64,000 bases of DNA from an uncultured Acidobacteriota bacterium (GTDB taxonomy: Bacteria; Acidobacteriota; UBA6911; RPQK01; JAPXNP01). The first letter of the stretch is position 1; every line of letters begins with the position of its first letter. Below the pieces are notes generated by a model. That model was not told the DNA's origin and did not search any database. It worked only from the letters and a program-made list of their open reading frames with translations. The DNA is taken from positions 896,001 to 960,000 of the forward strand of contig CAVZRV010000007.1 of NCBI GenBank assembly GCA_963777605.1. The letters are read 5' to 3'. The translations under genes were made by a program, and so were the position numbers. Below are positions 1-10,393 of the stretch, in pieces.

Positions 1-866
1 AGAATTTCGACCGCGCATTCGCCACCGTGCGCTTCAGCTTCGCCGATCTCTATGTCGGCCGTCAGGCAATCGCCTGGGGATCAGCCCGCGTGGTTAATCC
101 GACCGATGTGATTGCACCATTTAGCTACAACGAACTGGACGTCGAGGACCGGGTAGGAGTTGACGCAGTGAGACTCCGGGCTCCCATCGGACTTCTTGGC
201 GAGTTTGACACTGGCTTCGTTTTTGGCCGGCACTTCGAGTTTGAGAACAGCGCCTTCTTTGTCCGAACCAAGTTTTACTACAGGAAGGCGGACGTGGCTG
301 TCCTGGCAGTTGGGTTCAAGGAGAATCTCATGGCCGGGCTTGATATTGCCCGGTCCCTCGGAGGAGCCGGGGCGTGGTTCGAAGCGGGTCAGGTCTTTGC
401 CGGGCTCCTTTCCGATGGAAGACGGAACCCCAGCCAAGACTACTTCCGCCTCAGCACAGGACTCGATTACACGTTGAGAGACGGAACCTATGTTTTCGGT
501 GAGTATCATTTCAGCCAGGCTGGAAGTTGCGCCCCTTCTCGGTACTTGGACAACCTGGACTCGGTGGCCTTTCGTGACGGAGCTGTTTACCTCCTGGGAA
601 GGCATTACGGGGCGGTTGGAATGACGCGGAATCTCACGCCCCTGGTCACGCTGGGCCTGCAGAGCCTGATCAACCTCGACGACGGGTCCCTGTTTCTGGT
701 ACCCAACCTCGAGTACAACGTGGCCGAGAACATTTATCTTTCAGGCGGGGCTTACTGGGGATTGGGGGCGGCTTCCTCTGTCACTGCTGGCGGCCGCCCC
801 ATCGCTGAATCGGAGTTTGGAAGTTACCCGGACGTCTTCTTCGGTTCGCTCCGGTTCTATTACTGA
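1..866 (+). CDS. Hypothetical protein, probable outer-membrane beta-barrel (5' part outside window)
   Basis: Frame open from window edge (NFDRAFATVRF...GRQAIAWG...NPTD); alternating hydrophobic beta-strand pattern; C-terminal aromatic end LRFYY. Confidence 0.65.
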   Translation, partial: NFDRAFATVRFSFADLYVGRQAIAWGSARVVNPTDVIAPFSYNELDVEDRVGVDAVRLRAPIGLLGEFDTGFVFGRHFEFENSAFFVRTKFYYRKADVAVLAVGFKENLMAGLDIARSLGGAGAWFEAGQVFAGLLSDGRRNPSQDYFRLSTGLDYTLRDGTYVFGEYHFSQAGSCAPSRYLDNLDSVAFRDGAVYLLGRHYGAVGMTRNLTPLVTLGLQSLINLDDGSLFLVPNLEYNVAENIYLSGGAYWGLGAASSVTAGGRPIAESEFGSYPDVFFGSLRFYY

Positions 867-1294
867 ACTTCCGGAGCGGAGCAATACGTCTTGAGTGCTT
901 CGCTCAGATCGTTGGCAATCGCATCGGGATTCCGGCCTTCAATCAGATTTCGGTGCATCATATAAACCAATTTGCCGTCTTTCATCAGGGCAACACTTGG
1001 TGAAGAGGGCGGCTGGGGTTTGAAGTACTCCCGGGCCCTCTCGGTCGCATCGAGATCCTGGCCGGCAAAGACGCTGGCCAATGTGTCTGGCCGAGGCCCC
1101 GCGGCAAGAGCTTTTGCGATCGCCGGACGAGCACTCCCGGCCGCGCATCCGCAAATCGAATTAACGACTACCAGGGCGGTACCCTTATGGTTACTCAATA
1201 CTCGATCCACGTCGTCGGCATTCTTGAGTTCCTGAACACCAATCTGTTTCAGTTCCTCCCGCGCGGGTCGAACCCACTCCTCTGGATACGGCAT
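860..1294 (-). CDS. BrxA/BrxB family bacilliredoxin (YphP/YqiW-like)
   Basis: NSICGCAAGSARP CGC motif, VFAGQD and PPSSPSVAL motifs; GAGGGAG RBS before ATG 1294. Confidence 0.9.
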   Translation of the reverse strand: MPYPEEWVRPAREELKQIGVQELKNADDVDRVLSNHKGTALVVVNSICGCAAGSARPAIAKALAAGPRPDTLASVFAGQDLDATERAREYFKPQPPSSPSVALMKDGKLVYMMHRNLIEGRNPDAIANDLSEALKTYCSAPEVQ

Positions 1295-1496
1295 AATTAT
1301 CTCTCCCTCACTTATTGATCGTGGATGTTTGGACACCCAAGAGAATTACCGGACGGTTTTGCCAGGTTGCTGTCATTATAGGGCAAAGACAGAATCAAAG
1401 CAGAAATCGGCAGTCAATACGCGGGGAGATCGGAACCTCGGGTCGCTGATGGGTTTTCCCAGGAAGTTGTCTTCGGCTCTCTCAGACAGGAGAAGA

Positions 1497-1522
1497 GTAA
1501 CTAAGTTGCGCTTGGTGACGTT
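1497..1522 (+). promoter_or_regulatory. Putative ECF-sigma promoter (GTAAC-N17-CGTT)
   Basis: AAC/CGT ECF consensus with the same spacing as motifs at 20803-20829 and 30788-30815. Confidence 0.5.
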
Positions 1523-1570
1523 TAACACTGTAGTGACTCAGACTATTGTCGCTGGGAGGGATACAAAACG

Positions 1571-3892
1571 GTGAATCGACTCCTCATATTGAGCTTGTTC
1601 ATTGGGTTGGTTACGGCTGCCGATCCTGTCGACAAAGATCGACTGGTCGTCGTGCGAGGTGATCTTGTCAAAACGTTGACCTTGACTGGTGAACTCCGGG
1701 CAGTGGACCGCCTGACAGTCGCAACGCCCAGGATCCGACGTACCCACAACTTGGTAATTTCTTACCTCGCCCCGGAAGGCGCGCAGGTTCAGGCCGGAAA
1801 TACTGTCGTCGAATTTGACGTCTCGGAGTTGGAGACCCGTCGTCTTGAACTGGAACAAAACGTAGAAGACGCCCGAATCAAGATAGCCCAGGCCAAAGCC
1901 GACATCGAATCTCGACGGCAGGACCTGCTGTTGGCCGAGGCGCAGGCAAAGAAGAACATGGATGTTGCCAAGCTATACATCGGAATCGATCCGCAATTGA
2001 TTCCGGCGGCGGACGCCGAAAAGTATCAGTACGACTACGCCCAGGCACAGGTCGAACTGACCAAAGCTCGGGAGCGCCTGAGCACGCTCAAAGAAACCGA
2101 ACAGGCACAGCTCCAGGTTGTCCAGCTCGAATTCCAGCAGGCGGACCTCGAGCTTAAGCAGATCATCAGTGAAATGGAGAAGTTGACCGTGCGGGCGCCT
2201 GGCCCCGGATTGGTAGTCTATGCCGACAATCCGACTCGGGCGGGCAAGATTCAGGTGGGGGACTCCGTCTGGAGCGGAGCGCCGGTGGTTTATCTTCCGA
2301 ATATGAATGCCCTCGAGATCGAGGCCTTCGCCTACGATTCGGACTTCCCCTCCCTTGAGGAAGGCCAACACGCGGAAATCATGCTTGACGCCATTCCGAA
2401 CGAGATCTTTCCCGGTCATGTAGCTTCGATTGCGGAAAGCTCACAACCTCGCGAGTTCCGCTCTCAACTGAAGGCCTTTTCAGTAATTGTGCGGATGGAT
2501 GAAGCAAACATCGACGAGATGAAACCGGGAATGACTGCCAGAGTCCACATTCCGGTGACCAATACAGACGCAGTCGTGGTGCCGCGCGCCGCCATTCTGG
2601 TGCATGCCGACGGGACCGCCGACGTGCGGTCGGTGGACGGACGCACTATTCCGGTCACAATCCTGGATGCAAGCGCTACCGAGGCGGCCGTAGCGGGCGA
2701 TCTGCAGGGAGGCGAGCAACTTGTGGCTCAGAACACCGAGTCACTTTCCACCAACACTACCTCCGATGTCGAATGGTCAACGGCCGAAAGGGACAGCTTT
2801 CGATTTTTCGTTTCCGGATCCGGCACCGTGGAGGCTCAACAGGAGGTTTCCGTAGGCCCCCCAGGATCAGCGCATGGCTGGCGCTTCAAGATCATGAACC
2901 TCGTGCCGGAAGGTACGCAAGTCAAGCCGGGCGATCTCCTGGTCGCTTTTGACCCGACTGAAACCCAAACGCACCTGCGCGACGAGATCGCCGGTCTTCA
3001 AAAGGTAATACAGGAACTGGAGAAAACCAAGGCTTCCGAAGAACTCAGTCTGAAGGATCTGGAAATCCAGATTGAAGATTCGCGAGTCCAGGATGAAAAG
3101 GCCCGCAACAAGTTGACCCAGGCTCGGGAGTTTGAATCCAATCTGACGGTGAAAGAGGCCGAGTACGAGGCAACGTTCGCGTCCCTGCGACTCCAACTGC
3201 TGGAGAAGAAACTCACTTTCGTCAAGGAATCGACCCGGCTCCAGCTGCAAATCCTGGAAGATCGCAAAAAGCTGCACGAGTATCGGATCCAGTCGTTCAA
3301 AGACACGCTTGAAGAGTTGACCATAGAGGCTCCCAAACCCGGGGTGGTCATTTACGAAACCAACTGGAGAAATGAGAAGAAGCAGATCGGCAGCGATGTC
3401 TTTCGCACGGAGAAAGTCCTTTCTCTTCCCGACCTGACGACATTGGTAATCCAGGGACAGGTTGCCGAAGTTGACGCCGGGCGGTTGAGAATAGGTCAGG
3501 AAGTGGAAGTAACGGTTGATGCCCTTCCAGACCGGATCTTCCACGGAAGACTGGCGTCGATTGGGACAATTTTCCGCAGGGCCTCCTTTGACCGGCCGAT
3601 TAAGGTGCTGGATGTAGCCGTCGAGTTTCAAGATGAGGAATTGAATGTTCTCCGTCCTGGAATGGTGGCGAAACTCGAGATCATCGAGAGTCGATTCAAT
3701 GATGTTCTTGCGGTTCCTCTTTCCGCGATACGGGTGGAGGGCGACCAGCCCTTCCTCTGGGTTCGGAAGGCCGAAAAGATCGAAAAGCGTCCCGTCAAAC
3801 TCGGCAAGAATAACGGTATCGTGGGTGTTGTTCTGGATGGATTGAATGAAGGTGAAGAGTTCGCAAGTCGGGCCCCGGAGGTGGCGTCGTGA
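1571..3892 (+). CDS. Efflux periplasmic adaptor with two tandem MFP (HlyD/MacA-like) modules
   Basis: Signal peptide; two repeats of lipoyl-hairpin-lipoyl-beta-barrel motifs (PEGAQVQAG/PEGTQVKPG; APGPGLV/APKPGVV; KPGMTA/RPGMVA). Confidence 0.85.
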   Translation: MNRLLILSLFIGLVTAADPVDKDRLVVVRGDLVKTLTLTGELRAVDRLTVATPRIRRTHNLVISYLAPEGAQVQAGNTVVEFDVSELETRRLELEQNVEDARIKIAQAKADIESRRQDLLLAEAQAKKNMDVAKLYIGIDPQLIPAADAEKYQYDYAQAQVELTKARERLSTLKETEQAQLQVVQLEFQQADLELKQIISEMEKLTVRAPGPGLVVYADNPTRAGKIQVGDSVWSGAPVVYLPNMNALEIEAFAYDSDFPSLEEGQHAEIMLDAIPNEIFPGHVASIAESSQPREFRSQLKAFSVIVRMDEANIDEMKPGMTARVHIPVTNTDAVVVPRAAILVHADGTADVRSVDGRTIPVTILDASATEAAVAGDLQGGEQLVAQNTESLSTNTTSDVEWSTAERDSFRFFVSGSGTVEAQQEVSVGPPGSAHGWRFKIMNLVPEGTQVKPGDLLVAFDPTETQTHLRDEIAGLQKVIQELEKTKASEELSLKDLEIQIEDSRVQDEKARNKLTQAREFESNLTVKEAEYEATFASLRLQLLEKKLTFVKESTRLQLQILEDRKKLHEYRIQSFKDTLEELTIEAPKPGVVIYETNWRNEKKQIGSDVFRTEKVLSLPDLTTLVIQGQVAEVDAGRLRIGQEVEVTVDALPDRIFHGRLASIGTIFRRASFDRPIKVLDVAVEFQDEELNVLRPGMVAKLEIIESRFNDVLAVPLSAIRVEGDQPFLWVRKAEKIEKRPVKLGKNNGIVGVVLDGLNEGEEFASRAPEVAS

Positions 3893-5199
3893 GAAAGGTT
3901 TTGGTCAGTCTGTCAGTTGTCGGCGCAGTTCTCGTAAGCGGGTACTTTTTGTGGGGGCAGATTTCCGAGCGGGTACAACTTCTGATTACTCCCCAGAAGG
4001 GCGATCCTGTACCGACGGTGGTGGTTGAGGGTCGTTCCTATCACCTGTTGGTGCCCAGTTCCGGCGAATTGCTGGGCTTGAGTACCACACCCCTGATGAC
4101 CCCAAGGATTCGCCGAGGTTCACTGAAAGTGAGCTGGTTGGAGAAAGAAGGTCGAATCGTCCAGAAGGGGTCGCCCCTGGTCGAGTTTGACCCAACCGAG
4201 GCCCAACTCAACTTGCAGCAGAGCGAGAACGAGGTCACCTCCTACTCCTATCAGATGGACAAGAGCAGGGGAGACGCGGAAGGGGAAATGTCCGTTCTCA
4301 ACCTGGACGAAGAGGCTGCTGCCGAAGAACTGGCCTACGCCACTGGCCAGGTTCGGAAAGACGAAGAGATCTTCTCGCGCTGGGAGATTCAGGAATCACT
4401 CATGAGCGCCGCCCTTGCTGACTTTCGTAAGTCCACCCTGGGCGACAAAGTTGGCCTGCGCGACACGCTCGACAAGTCCAACCTCAAAATACTCAGCATC
4501 GACCAGCAGCGCGCCCGGGTTGAGATGGAATTGGCCCAGGACACGTTGTCTTCGTTGTCTATCGAGTCGCCCTCTTCCGGAGTCCTGATCTATCAGCGCA
4601 TGGGAATGGATCCGCTGGAAGTCGGTACCGAGGTCTGGCCTGGCCAGCCTCTCATGGAGGTTGCCCAGTTGGACAAGTTCAGGGCCAAGCTCCAGATTCC
4701 TGAGAAAGACGTGCTGGGAATTATTCCGGGCCAAAAGGTCTCGGTTGTCATCGAGGCGTTTCCAACGGAGACCTTCATGGGTGAGGTCAGTCAGGTGGCC
4801 AGGATTGCCCAGCAGGTCGACCGTGAGGACCCTCGCAAATACTTCGAATGTAATGTTCTCCTGGACGTCCCGATTGAGTTCATGGATCGGTTAAAACCGG
4901 GGATGAGTGTCAAGGCTGAGATCGAACTGGGAGAATACTCGGATGCCATCGTACTGCCGCGCAGTTCTCTGTCCAAGCAGGACGAATCGTGGGTCGTCTA
5001 TGTTTCCGAGCCGGCCGGATACCGCGAGCAGACGGTTGAAATAGTCGGCAGCGATCATGGATTCTACCTGGTCAAGGGCATCGATCCCGGCACCCAGGTC
5101 TGCCTTCGCGATCCATTTCAGAATCAGAAACTTAATCTTCCCGACTTCAACGCTCCAGCCGCACCTGCTCGGCAGGAACGCTTCGTCATCTATCGGTGA
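3889..5199 (+). CDS. Efflux periplasmic adaptor subunit (HlyD/MacA-like)
   Basis: N-terminal TM, EGRIVQKG, SPSSGVL, LKPGMSV motifs; GTGA overlap with upstream gene. Confidence 0.85.
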   Translation: MRKVLVSLSVVGAVLVSGYFLWGQISERVQLLITPQKGDPVPTVVVEGRSYHLLVPSSGELLGLSTTPLMTPRIRRGSLKVSWLEKEGRIVQKGSPLVEFDPTEAQLNLQQSENEVTSYSYQMDKSRGDAEGEMSVLNLDEEAAAEELAYATGQVRKDEEIFSRWEIQESLMSAALADFRKSTLGDKVGLRDTLDKSNLKILSIDQQRARVEMELAQDTLSSLSIESPSSGVLIYQRMGMDPLEVGTEVWPGQPLMEVAQLDKFRAKLQIPEKDVLGIIPGQKVSVVIEAFPTETFMGEVSQVARIAQQVDREDPRKYFECNVLLDVPIEFMDRLKPGMSVKAEIELGEYSDAIVLPRSSLSKQDESWVVYVSEPAGYREQTVEIVGSDHGFYLVKGIDPGTQVCLRDPFQNQKLNLPDFNAPAAPARQERFVIYR

Positions 5200-5202
5200 G
5201 TT

Positions 5203-6438
5203 ATGGCCATCTTCGAATCGATCAAAGACGCACTGCTCAACTTGGGTCGCCACAAAATGCGAACCATTCTCACCATGCTCGGCATGATCTTCGGGGTAGC
5301 AGCCGTCCTGGCGATGCTCTCTATCGGAGCGGGAGCCGAGCAGGAAGCGCTCACGGTGATCCAGAAGATGGGGCTCCGCAACATCATCATCCGGGCGAAA
5401 CAGTTTGAGCCCGATGAGTTGATGGTCATTCGTCAGGATAGCCCAGGCCTCTCTCTCAGGGACGCCGAGGCTCTTGCCTACTCGCTGCCCGAGAAGACGA
5501 TTATCTCCGGGAAAAAGGAAGTCAAGCCCTACCAGATCGCTTCGGCCTTCGGAAGAGCCGATTCGCGGGTCCTGGCGGTCACCACTTCCTACCCCGTCAC
5601 AGCCGGCCTTTCCGTCGTGGAGGGATCGAACTTCCTCCCCATTGACGAAGCGTTGCGCCATCAGGTCTGTGTTTTGGGCACGACTGCAAGGAGAAAACTG
5701 TTCGGACTGAACCCGGCCATCGGAGAGCAGATCAAGATCAACCAGGAATGGTTTACCGTAATCGGAATTCTGGCCGATCAACAACTGGGCGGCAAGGAGT
5801 TTGAAGGCGTGAAGCTGGAGAACCCCAATAACGATATCTTGATCCCCCTCCAGACCTACCTGGCCAAGTTCGAACCGGACCCGATTGCAAACCAGCTGGA
5901 TGAAATCGTCGCTCAAGTCCCCACTACCGATGGGATACGGGAACACTCCGCACTGATCTCCGGAATGATGGGAAGCATGCACAACCAGATCGACGACTTC
6001 ACGCTGATCGTCCCTGAGAAGCTCTTGGAGCAGAGCCGGCAGACTCAGCAGATCTTCAATATCGTCATGGGAGCCATCGCCTCTATTTCCCTACTGGTCG
6101 GCGGCATCGGGATCATGAACATCATGCTGGCTTCCGTCCTGGAGCGGACCAACGAAATCGGGCTTCGTCGTGCGCTCGGGGCCCGGCGCCGGGACATCAG
6201 TCGCCAGTTCATCATGGAGTCGGTAACCATCAGCGTCAGCGGCGCTCTGCTCGGAATTGCATTCGGTTTTGCAATTGCGACGCTGGTTTCCGCTTACTCG
6301 GGGTGGCCTACGATCGTCACTCCGATCTCCGTTATTCTGGGAGTAGGCGTTTCGGTTTCAGTGGGGCTGGCGTTCGGCATCTTCCCGGCTCGAAAGGCTG
6401 CCCTTGTTTCCCCGATCGAATCGCTGCGCTACGAGTAG
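5203..6438 (+). CDS. MacB/FtsX-family ABC transporter permease
   Basis: RTILTMLGMIFGVAAV, GGIGIMNIMLASVLERTNEIGLRRALGA, PARKAA..PIESLRYE. Confidence 0.92.
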   Translation: MAIFESIKDALLNLGRHKMRTILTMLGMIFGVAAVLAMLSIGAGAEQEALTVIQKMGLRNIIIRAKQFEPDELMVIRQDSPGLSLRDAEALAYSLPEKTIISGKKEVKPYQIASAFGRADSRVLAVTTSYPVTAGLSVVEGSNFLPIDEALRHQVCVLGTTARRKLFGLNPAIGEQIKINQEWFTVIGILADQQLGGKEFEGVKLENPNNDILIPLQTYLAKFEPDPIANQLDEIVAQVPTTDGIREHSALISGMMGSMHNQIDDFTLIVPEKLLEQSRQTQQIFNIVMGAIASISLLVGGIGIMNIMLASVLERTNEIGLRRALGARRRDISRQFIMESVTISVSGALLGIAFGFAIATLVSAYSGWPTIVTPISVILGVGVSVSVGLAFGIFPARKAALVSPIESLRYE

Positions 6439-6458
6439 TCACCGGGATCCGGCGGGGA

Positions 6459-7460
6459 TTACTCAACGAGAATCCGGCGACAGATGACCCCCGCCTCCCG
6501 AAACAAGTCGAATGAGGTCTCGTTGAGAGGATAGTCCTGGTTGTATACGACCTCTCTGATGCCCGCATTGATGATCATCTTGGTGCACATCAGGCAGGGC
6601 GCAAAGGTCGTGTACAGGGTGGCGTCCTTAACGCTGACGCCGTGATAGGCCGCTTGCGTGATTGCGTTTTCTTCTCCATGGGAGCAAAGACACTCGTCCA
6701 GTCGGGTTCCACTGTCCGCCAGGGAGTTGCATCGCGGGCACCCCCCCTCGTAGCAGTTTCGGGTTCCCCTGGGAGTGCCGTTGTATCCGGTTGAGACCAC
6801 CCGCTTGTCCCGCACAATCACCGCCGCCACCTTGCGCTTCACGCAGTTGCCCCGGAGGGCGGCAACCTGGGCGATTTTCATGAAGTACTCGTCCCAACTC
6901 GGCCGGTCGAAGTGAGCCATCAACTCACGGACCAGTGCCGAGACGCGTTCCTGCAACAGGCTGATCGGCCCATCGTTTTCAACCACCAGGTCTGCTGCTG
7001 CCGCGGTGCCGTCCAGGTCTTGCCCTTCCGCTCGGGAAGCCTCGGTTTCCGCCTGCTCCAGCGCCAGGAATGCCTCCATCGTGATTGGATCCTGCTCGCG
7101 CCCGCGATCTCGAATGCGTTCTAAGCGAGTCTCCGCCTTTGCTTTCACGGCAAGCAGCCGGAAGTTGGGGCGAGATCGAAATACCCGGACTTCATCGGGA
7201 TGGCGAAATGAATCAATGACGTAATTCTTGTCGGGGGCGAGACGCTGAAGAATCTTCTCGGCAAGGTATCCGGTACCATGCTCCGACCGCAGCCGCCGGC
7301 CCGTTTCGACCAGGTTCAGTCTCGTAACTTCGAGTCCTTCACGCGCCAGTTCTTCGCGAATGACATCCGAGAGAGAATAGAAATAGAAGCCTTTGATTTT
7401 GAGGAAACCGGCCACCTCACCCTTGCCCGAAGCGTTTCTTCCAGTCAAACCCAGTATCAT
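6459..7460 (-). CDS. P-loop nucleotide-kinase-like domain fused to dCMP deaminase
   Basis: N-terminal GLTGRNASGKG Walker A; C-terminal RPSWDEYF, TGYNG, HGEENAI and PCLMC zinc motifs; AGGAGG RBS. Confidence 0.88.
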   Translation of the reverse strand: MILGLTGRNASGKGEVAGFLKIKGFYFYSLSDVIREELAREGLEVTRLNLVETGRRLRSEHGTGYLAEKILQRLAPDKNYVIDSFRHPDEVRVFRSRPNFRLLAVKAKAETRLERIRDRGREQDPITMEAFLALEQAETEASRAEGQDLDGTAAAADLVVENDGPISLLQERVSALVRELMAHFDRPSWDEYFMKIAQVAALRGNCVKRKVAAVIVRDKRVVSTGYNGTPRGTRNCYEGGCPRCNSLADSGTRLDECLCSHGEENAITQAAYHGVSVKDATLYTTFAPCLMCTKMIINAGIREVVYNQDYPLNETSFDLFREAGVICRRILVE

Positions 7461-7601
7461 GGTGCCTCCTTTATAACGAGGTCTCCCTCCCTATAACAAG
7501 GGGATCGTTCGGCAGGCCTGAAATGCCTGCCCAAAGATGGCTGAGTTTGCCGCTCCGGTTGGACCTGCCCTGCCGGTTTGGTTAGTGCTATAGTCTCCCC
7601 C

Positions 7602-8771
7602 ATGCCCTTCGAATCTGTCGATTTCTTTAAGCTCGACGACCTATTAACGGATGAAGAGAAGCTGGTTCGAGACAGTGTCCGCGACTTCGTGGAGGAAAGA
7701 GTCCTGCCTTCGATCGAAGACCACTACATGGCCGGAACCTTCCCGCTCGAACTGGTCCCGGAGATGGGCGAACTGGGCTTCTTTGGAGCCAACATTGAAG
7801 GTTACGGCTGTGCCGGCCTGAATGAAATTGCCTACGGCCTGATCATGCAGGAACTTGAAAGGGCAGACAGCGGCCTGCGCAGTTTTGTCTCGGTCCAGGG
7901 CGCGCTCGTCATGTATCCGATCCATTCATTCGGCGGCGAAGACCAGAAGAACCGGTGGCTTCCCCGGCTCCAAAGTGGATCGGCGATTGGTTGTTTCGGA
8001 TTGACCGAGCCCGATTTTGGTTCCAATCCCGGCGGGATGCGCACGCGGGCACGAAGCGACGGCGACTCCTACATTCTCAACGGTAGCAAGGCCTGGATCA
8101 CCAATGGCACGCTGGCCGACGTTGCGGTCGTGTGGGCGAAATGCGATGACGGCACAGTCCGGGGATTTCTGGTTGAGAAAGGGACTCCCGGCTTCGAGTC
8201 GCGTGATTACCACAACAAGCACTCCCTGCGAGCTTCCGTGACCTCCGAACTCTTCTTCGACAGTTGCCGAATTCCCGGCGACCAGGTTCTCCCCGGAACG
8301 GGCGGGCTCAAACACGCGTTGATGTGCCTGACGCAGGCTCGTTACGGTATCGCATGGGGAGCCGTCGGATCAGCGATGGCCTGTTTTGACGTCGCCCGGC
8401 GGTGGGCTGGGGAACGCAAGCAGTTCGCCGATCGACCCATTGCATCCCACCAACTGGTGCAGGCGAAATTGGCCGAAATGCTGACCGAGATCACCAAGGC
8501 TCAGCTTCTCGTCTATCGCCTTGGACAGTTGAAAGAGGCGGGCAAGATGCGATTCGACCAGGTCTCGCTGGCTAAGCGGAACAACGTCGCGATCGCCTTG
8601 CGGATTGCCAGGACCGCCCGGGACATCCTGGGCGCCAACGGCATCCTCTCGGATTACCCCGTTTTCCGGCACATGGCCAACCTTGAGTCGGTATTCACCT
8701 ACGAGGGGACTCACGACATCCACACCCTGATCCTGGGCCAGAGCATCACCGGCATTCCCGCCTACGAATAA
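7602..8771 (+). CDS. Acyl-CoA dehydrogenase, glutaryl-CoA dehydrogenase-like
   Basis: GCFGLTEPDFGS, NGSKAWITNG, TYEGTHDIH motifs. Confidence 0.88.
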   Translation: MPFESVDFFKLDDLLTDEEKLVRDSVRDFVEERVLPSIEDHYMAGTFPLELVPEMGELGFFGANIEGYGCAGLNEIAYGLIMQELERADSGLRSFVSVQGALVMYPIHSFGGEDQKNRWLPRLQSGSAIGCFGLTEPDFGSNPGGMRTRARSDGDSYILNGSKAWITNGTLADVAVVWAKCDDGTVRGFLVEKGTPGFESRDYHNKHSLRASVTSELFFDSCRIPGDQVLPGTGGLKHALMCLTQARYGIAWGAVGSAMACFDVARRWAGERKQFADRPIASHQLVQAKLAEMLTEITKAQLLVYRLGQLKEAGKMRFDQVSLAKRNNVAIALRIARTARDILGANGILSDYPVFRHMANLESVFTYEGTHDIHTLILGQSITGIPAYE

Positions 8772-9098
8772 CCGGATCGACCGCGATAAGGGGTGGAACG
8801 AAACCTGCGTTTGGCCCAGAATAGAAGGCGAACGGCGGGTCCGTAACACCAATCCGCGGTTAGGAGGGCTGCAACTTCGGTGCGACCCTGCAACAGCTTA
8901 GGCCAGGCTTGGAGGTTCGGTGGAGCGAGGATTCCTGACAGCGGTGGCCCTGATCGGTGGGGCTTTTCACCCCGGTAATGGCGCAAACGGCTCCCTCCAG
9001 CGTAGATTCAGGTCAAAATCCGGTTCAAATTCAAAGGGTCCGCAAGACCGCTTTCCCCACTTCCCGGGACCTCGGACCAACCCCTGGGGAGTAGTCGA

Positions 9099-9677
9099 AT
9101 GATCGAGATCCGCTTTCATGGGCGAGGCGGACAAGGCGTGGTAGTCGCCTCCGAAATTCTTGCCGCCGCCTTTTTCGCGGAAGGCAAGAATGTGCAGGCT
9201 TTCCCCGCGTTCGGTGTGGAACGGCGGGGTGCCCCGGTGTCCGCATTTCTCCGTGTTGATGACCTGCCGATTCGGCTGCGTTGCCAGATCCAACAGCCCG
9301 ACCATGTGATCGTTCTCGACCCTACCCTCATTGGGGCCATCAACGTCACCGAAGGCATTAAACCCAAAGGATGGGTGCTGATTAACAGCAACCATCCGCC
9401 ACACAAGTTTCAGCAGCTGGCCGGCAACATTTGCCAGATCGCTACCGTCGATGCTTCGGCGATCGCACATTCCCACCGGCTCGGGAATCGAACCAATCCG
9501 ATTGTAAACACGGCAATACTGGGTGCCTTCTCGGGTGTCACTCGTCTGGTCTCAATAGACGCGGTGGTTCAGGCCATAAGGGAGGGGGCTCCCGTGCGGC
9601 CGGAGGAGAACGTGGCTGCGGCCCGGGAAGCCGCCAGACGATCTCAGGTTCTGGCATGGGAGGAGGTTGAGCAATGA
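9099..9677 (+). CDS. porG: Pyruvate/2-oxoacid:ferredoxin oxidoreductase gamma subunit
   Basis: MIEIRFHGRGGQG, FGVERRGAPV, PIVNTAILGA. Confidence 0.9.
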   Translation: MIEIRFHGRGGQGVVVASEILAAAFFAEGKNVQAFPAFGVERRGAPVSAFLRVDDLPIRLRCQIQQPDHVIVLDPTLIGAINVTEGIKPKGWVLINSNHPPHKFQQLAGNICQIATVDASAIAHSHRLGNRTNPIVNTAILGAFSGVTRLVSIDAVVQAIREGAPVRPEENVAAAREAARRSQVLAWEEVEQ

Positions 9678-10393
9678 CGCTCAAGGGGCGATTCGACCCG
9701 CGAATCGAGGTGTCCGACGTGGCCGTCTCCCAGGGGACGATGGAGTTCAATCGAACCGGCAACTGGCGCTACCTTCGACCGCTTTCGAAGGAAAAGCTTG
9801 CCCCCTGCAGGCGTCTCTGCCCCGCCGATACCGATATTCCCAGGATGTTGTCCCTGGTGGCAGCGGGGCGTCATGAAGAAGCCTATCGCCTGGTTCGTGC
9901 CACCAACCCACTACCCGCAATCTGTGGCCGGGTCTGTTACCACCCGTGCGAGTTGGAGTGCACGCGCAAGTCTATCGATGAAGGTATTGCCGTCCAGGGA
10001 GTGGAGCGTTTCCTCGGCGAACTGGGCCTCGACCTCCCTGAATTTGTCCGGATGACCCTGGGCACTCCCGACTCCGGAGGCCGGCCAAGGCCGGTGGAGG
10101 TCGCCGGCAGCAATCATTTCCTCGAAGCCGACTCCCTGATCGTGGCAGTAGGAGAGGAGGTCGACCTTGGTTTCTGCCGCCGCGAATCCACCGTCGTTCT
10201 CGGGGGAGATGCCGCGACCGGACCCGGTACGGTCGTTAACGCGATTGCCTCGGGCCGCCGGGGCGCTTCGGAGATCCTCGGTTTTCTCGGTCTGGAATCG
10301 ACGGTCCCGCTGGTTCCCGCGCTTCCCACCAACCGGTTCAGCGCCGAGGAGTGTCCCCGAGGCGTGATCGAGCTGGTCGAGGAGGAATCGTGA
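9674..10393 (+). pseudogene. Internally deleted GltD-like Fe-S flavoprotein/POR delta fusion
   Basis: Keeps TGNWRYLRP, CRRLCP, GRVCYHPCELEC, GDAATGPGTVVNAIASG and final EECP, but lacks the GxGxxG Rossmann region and the ferredoxin CxxCxxC motifs; only 239 aa. Confidence 0.7.
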
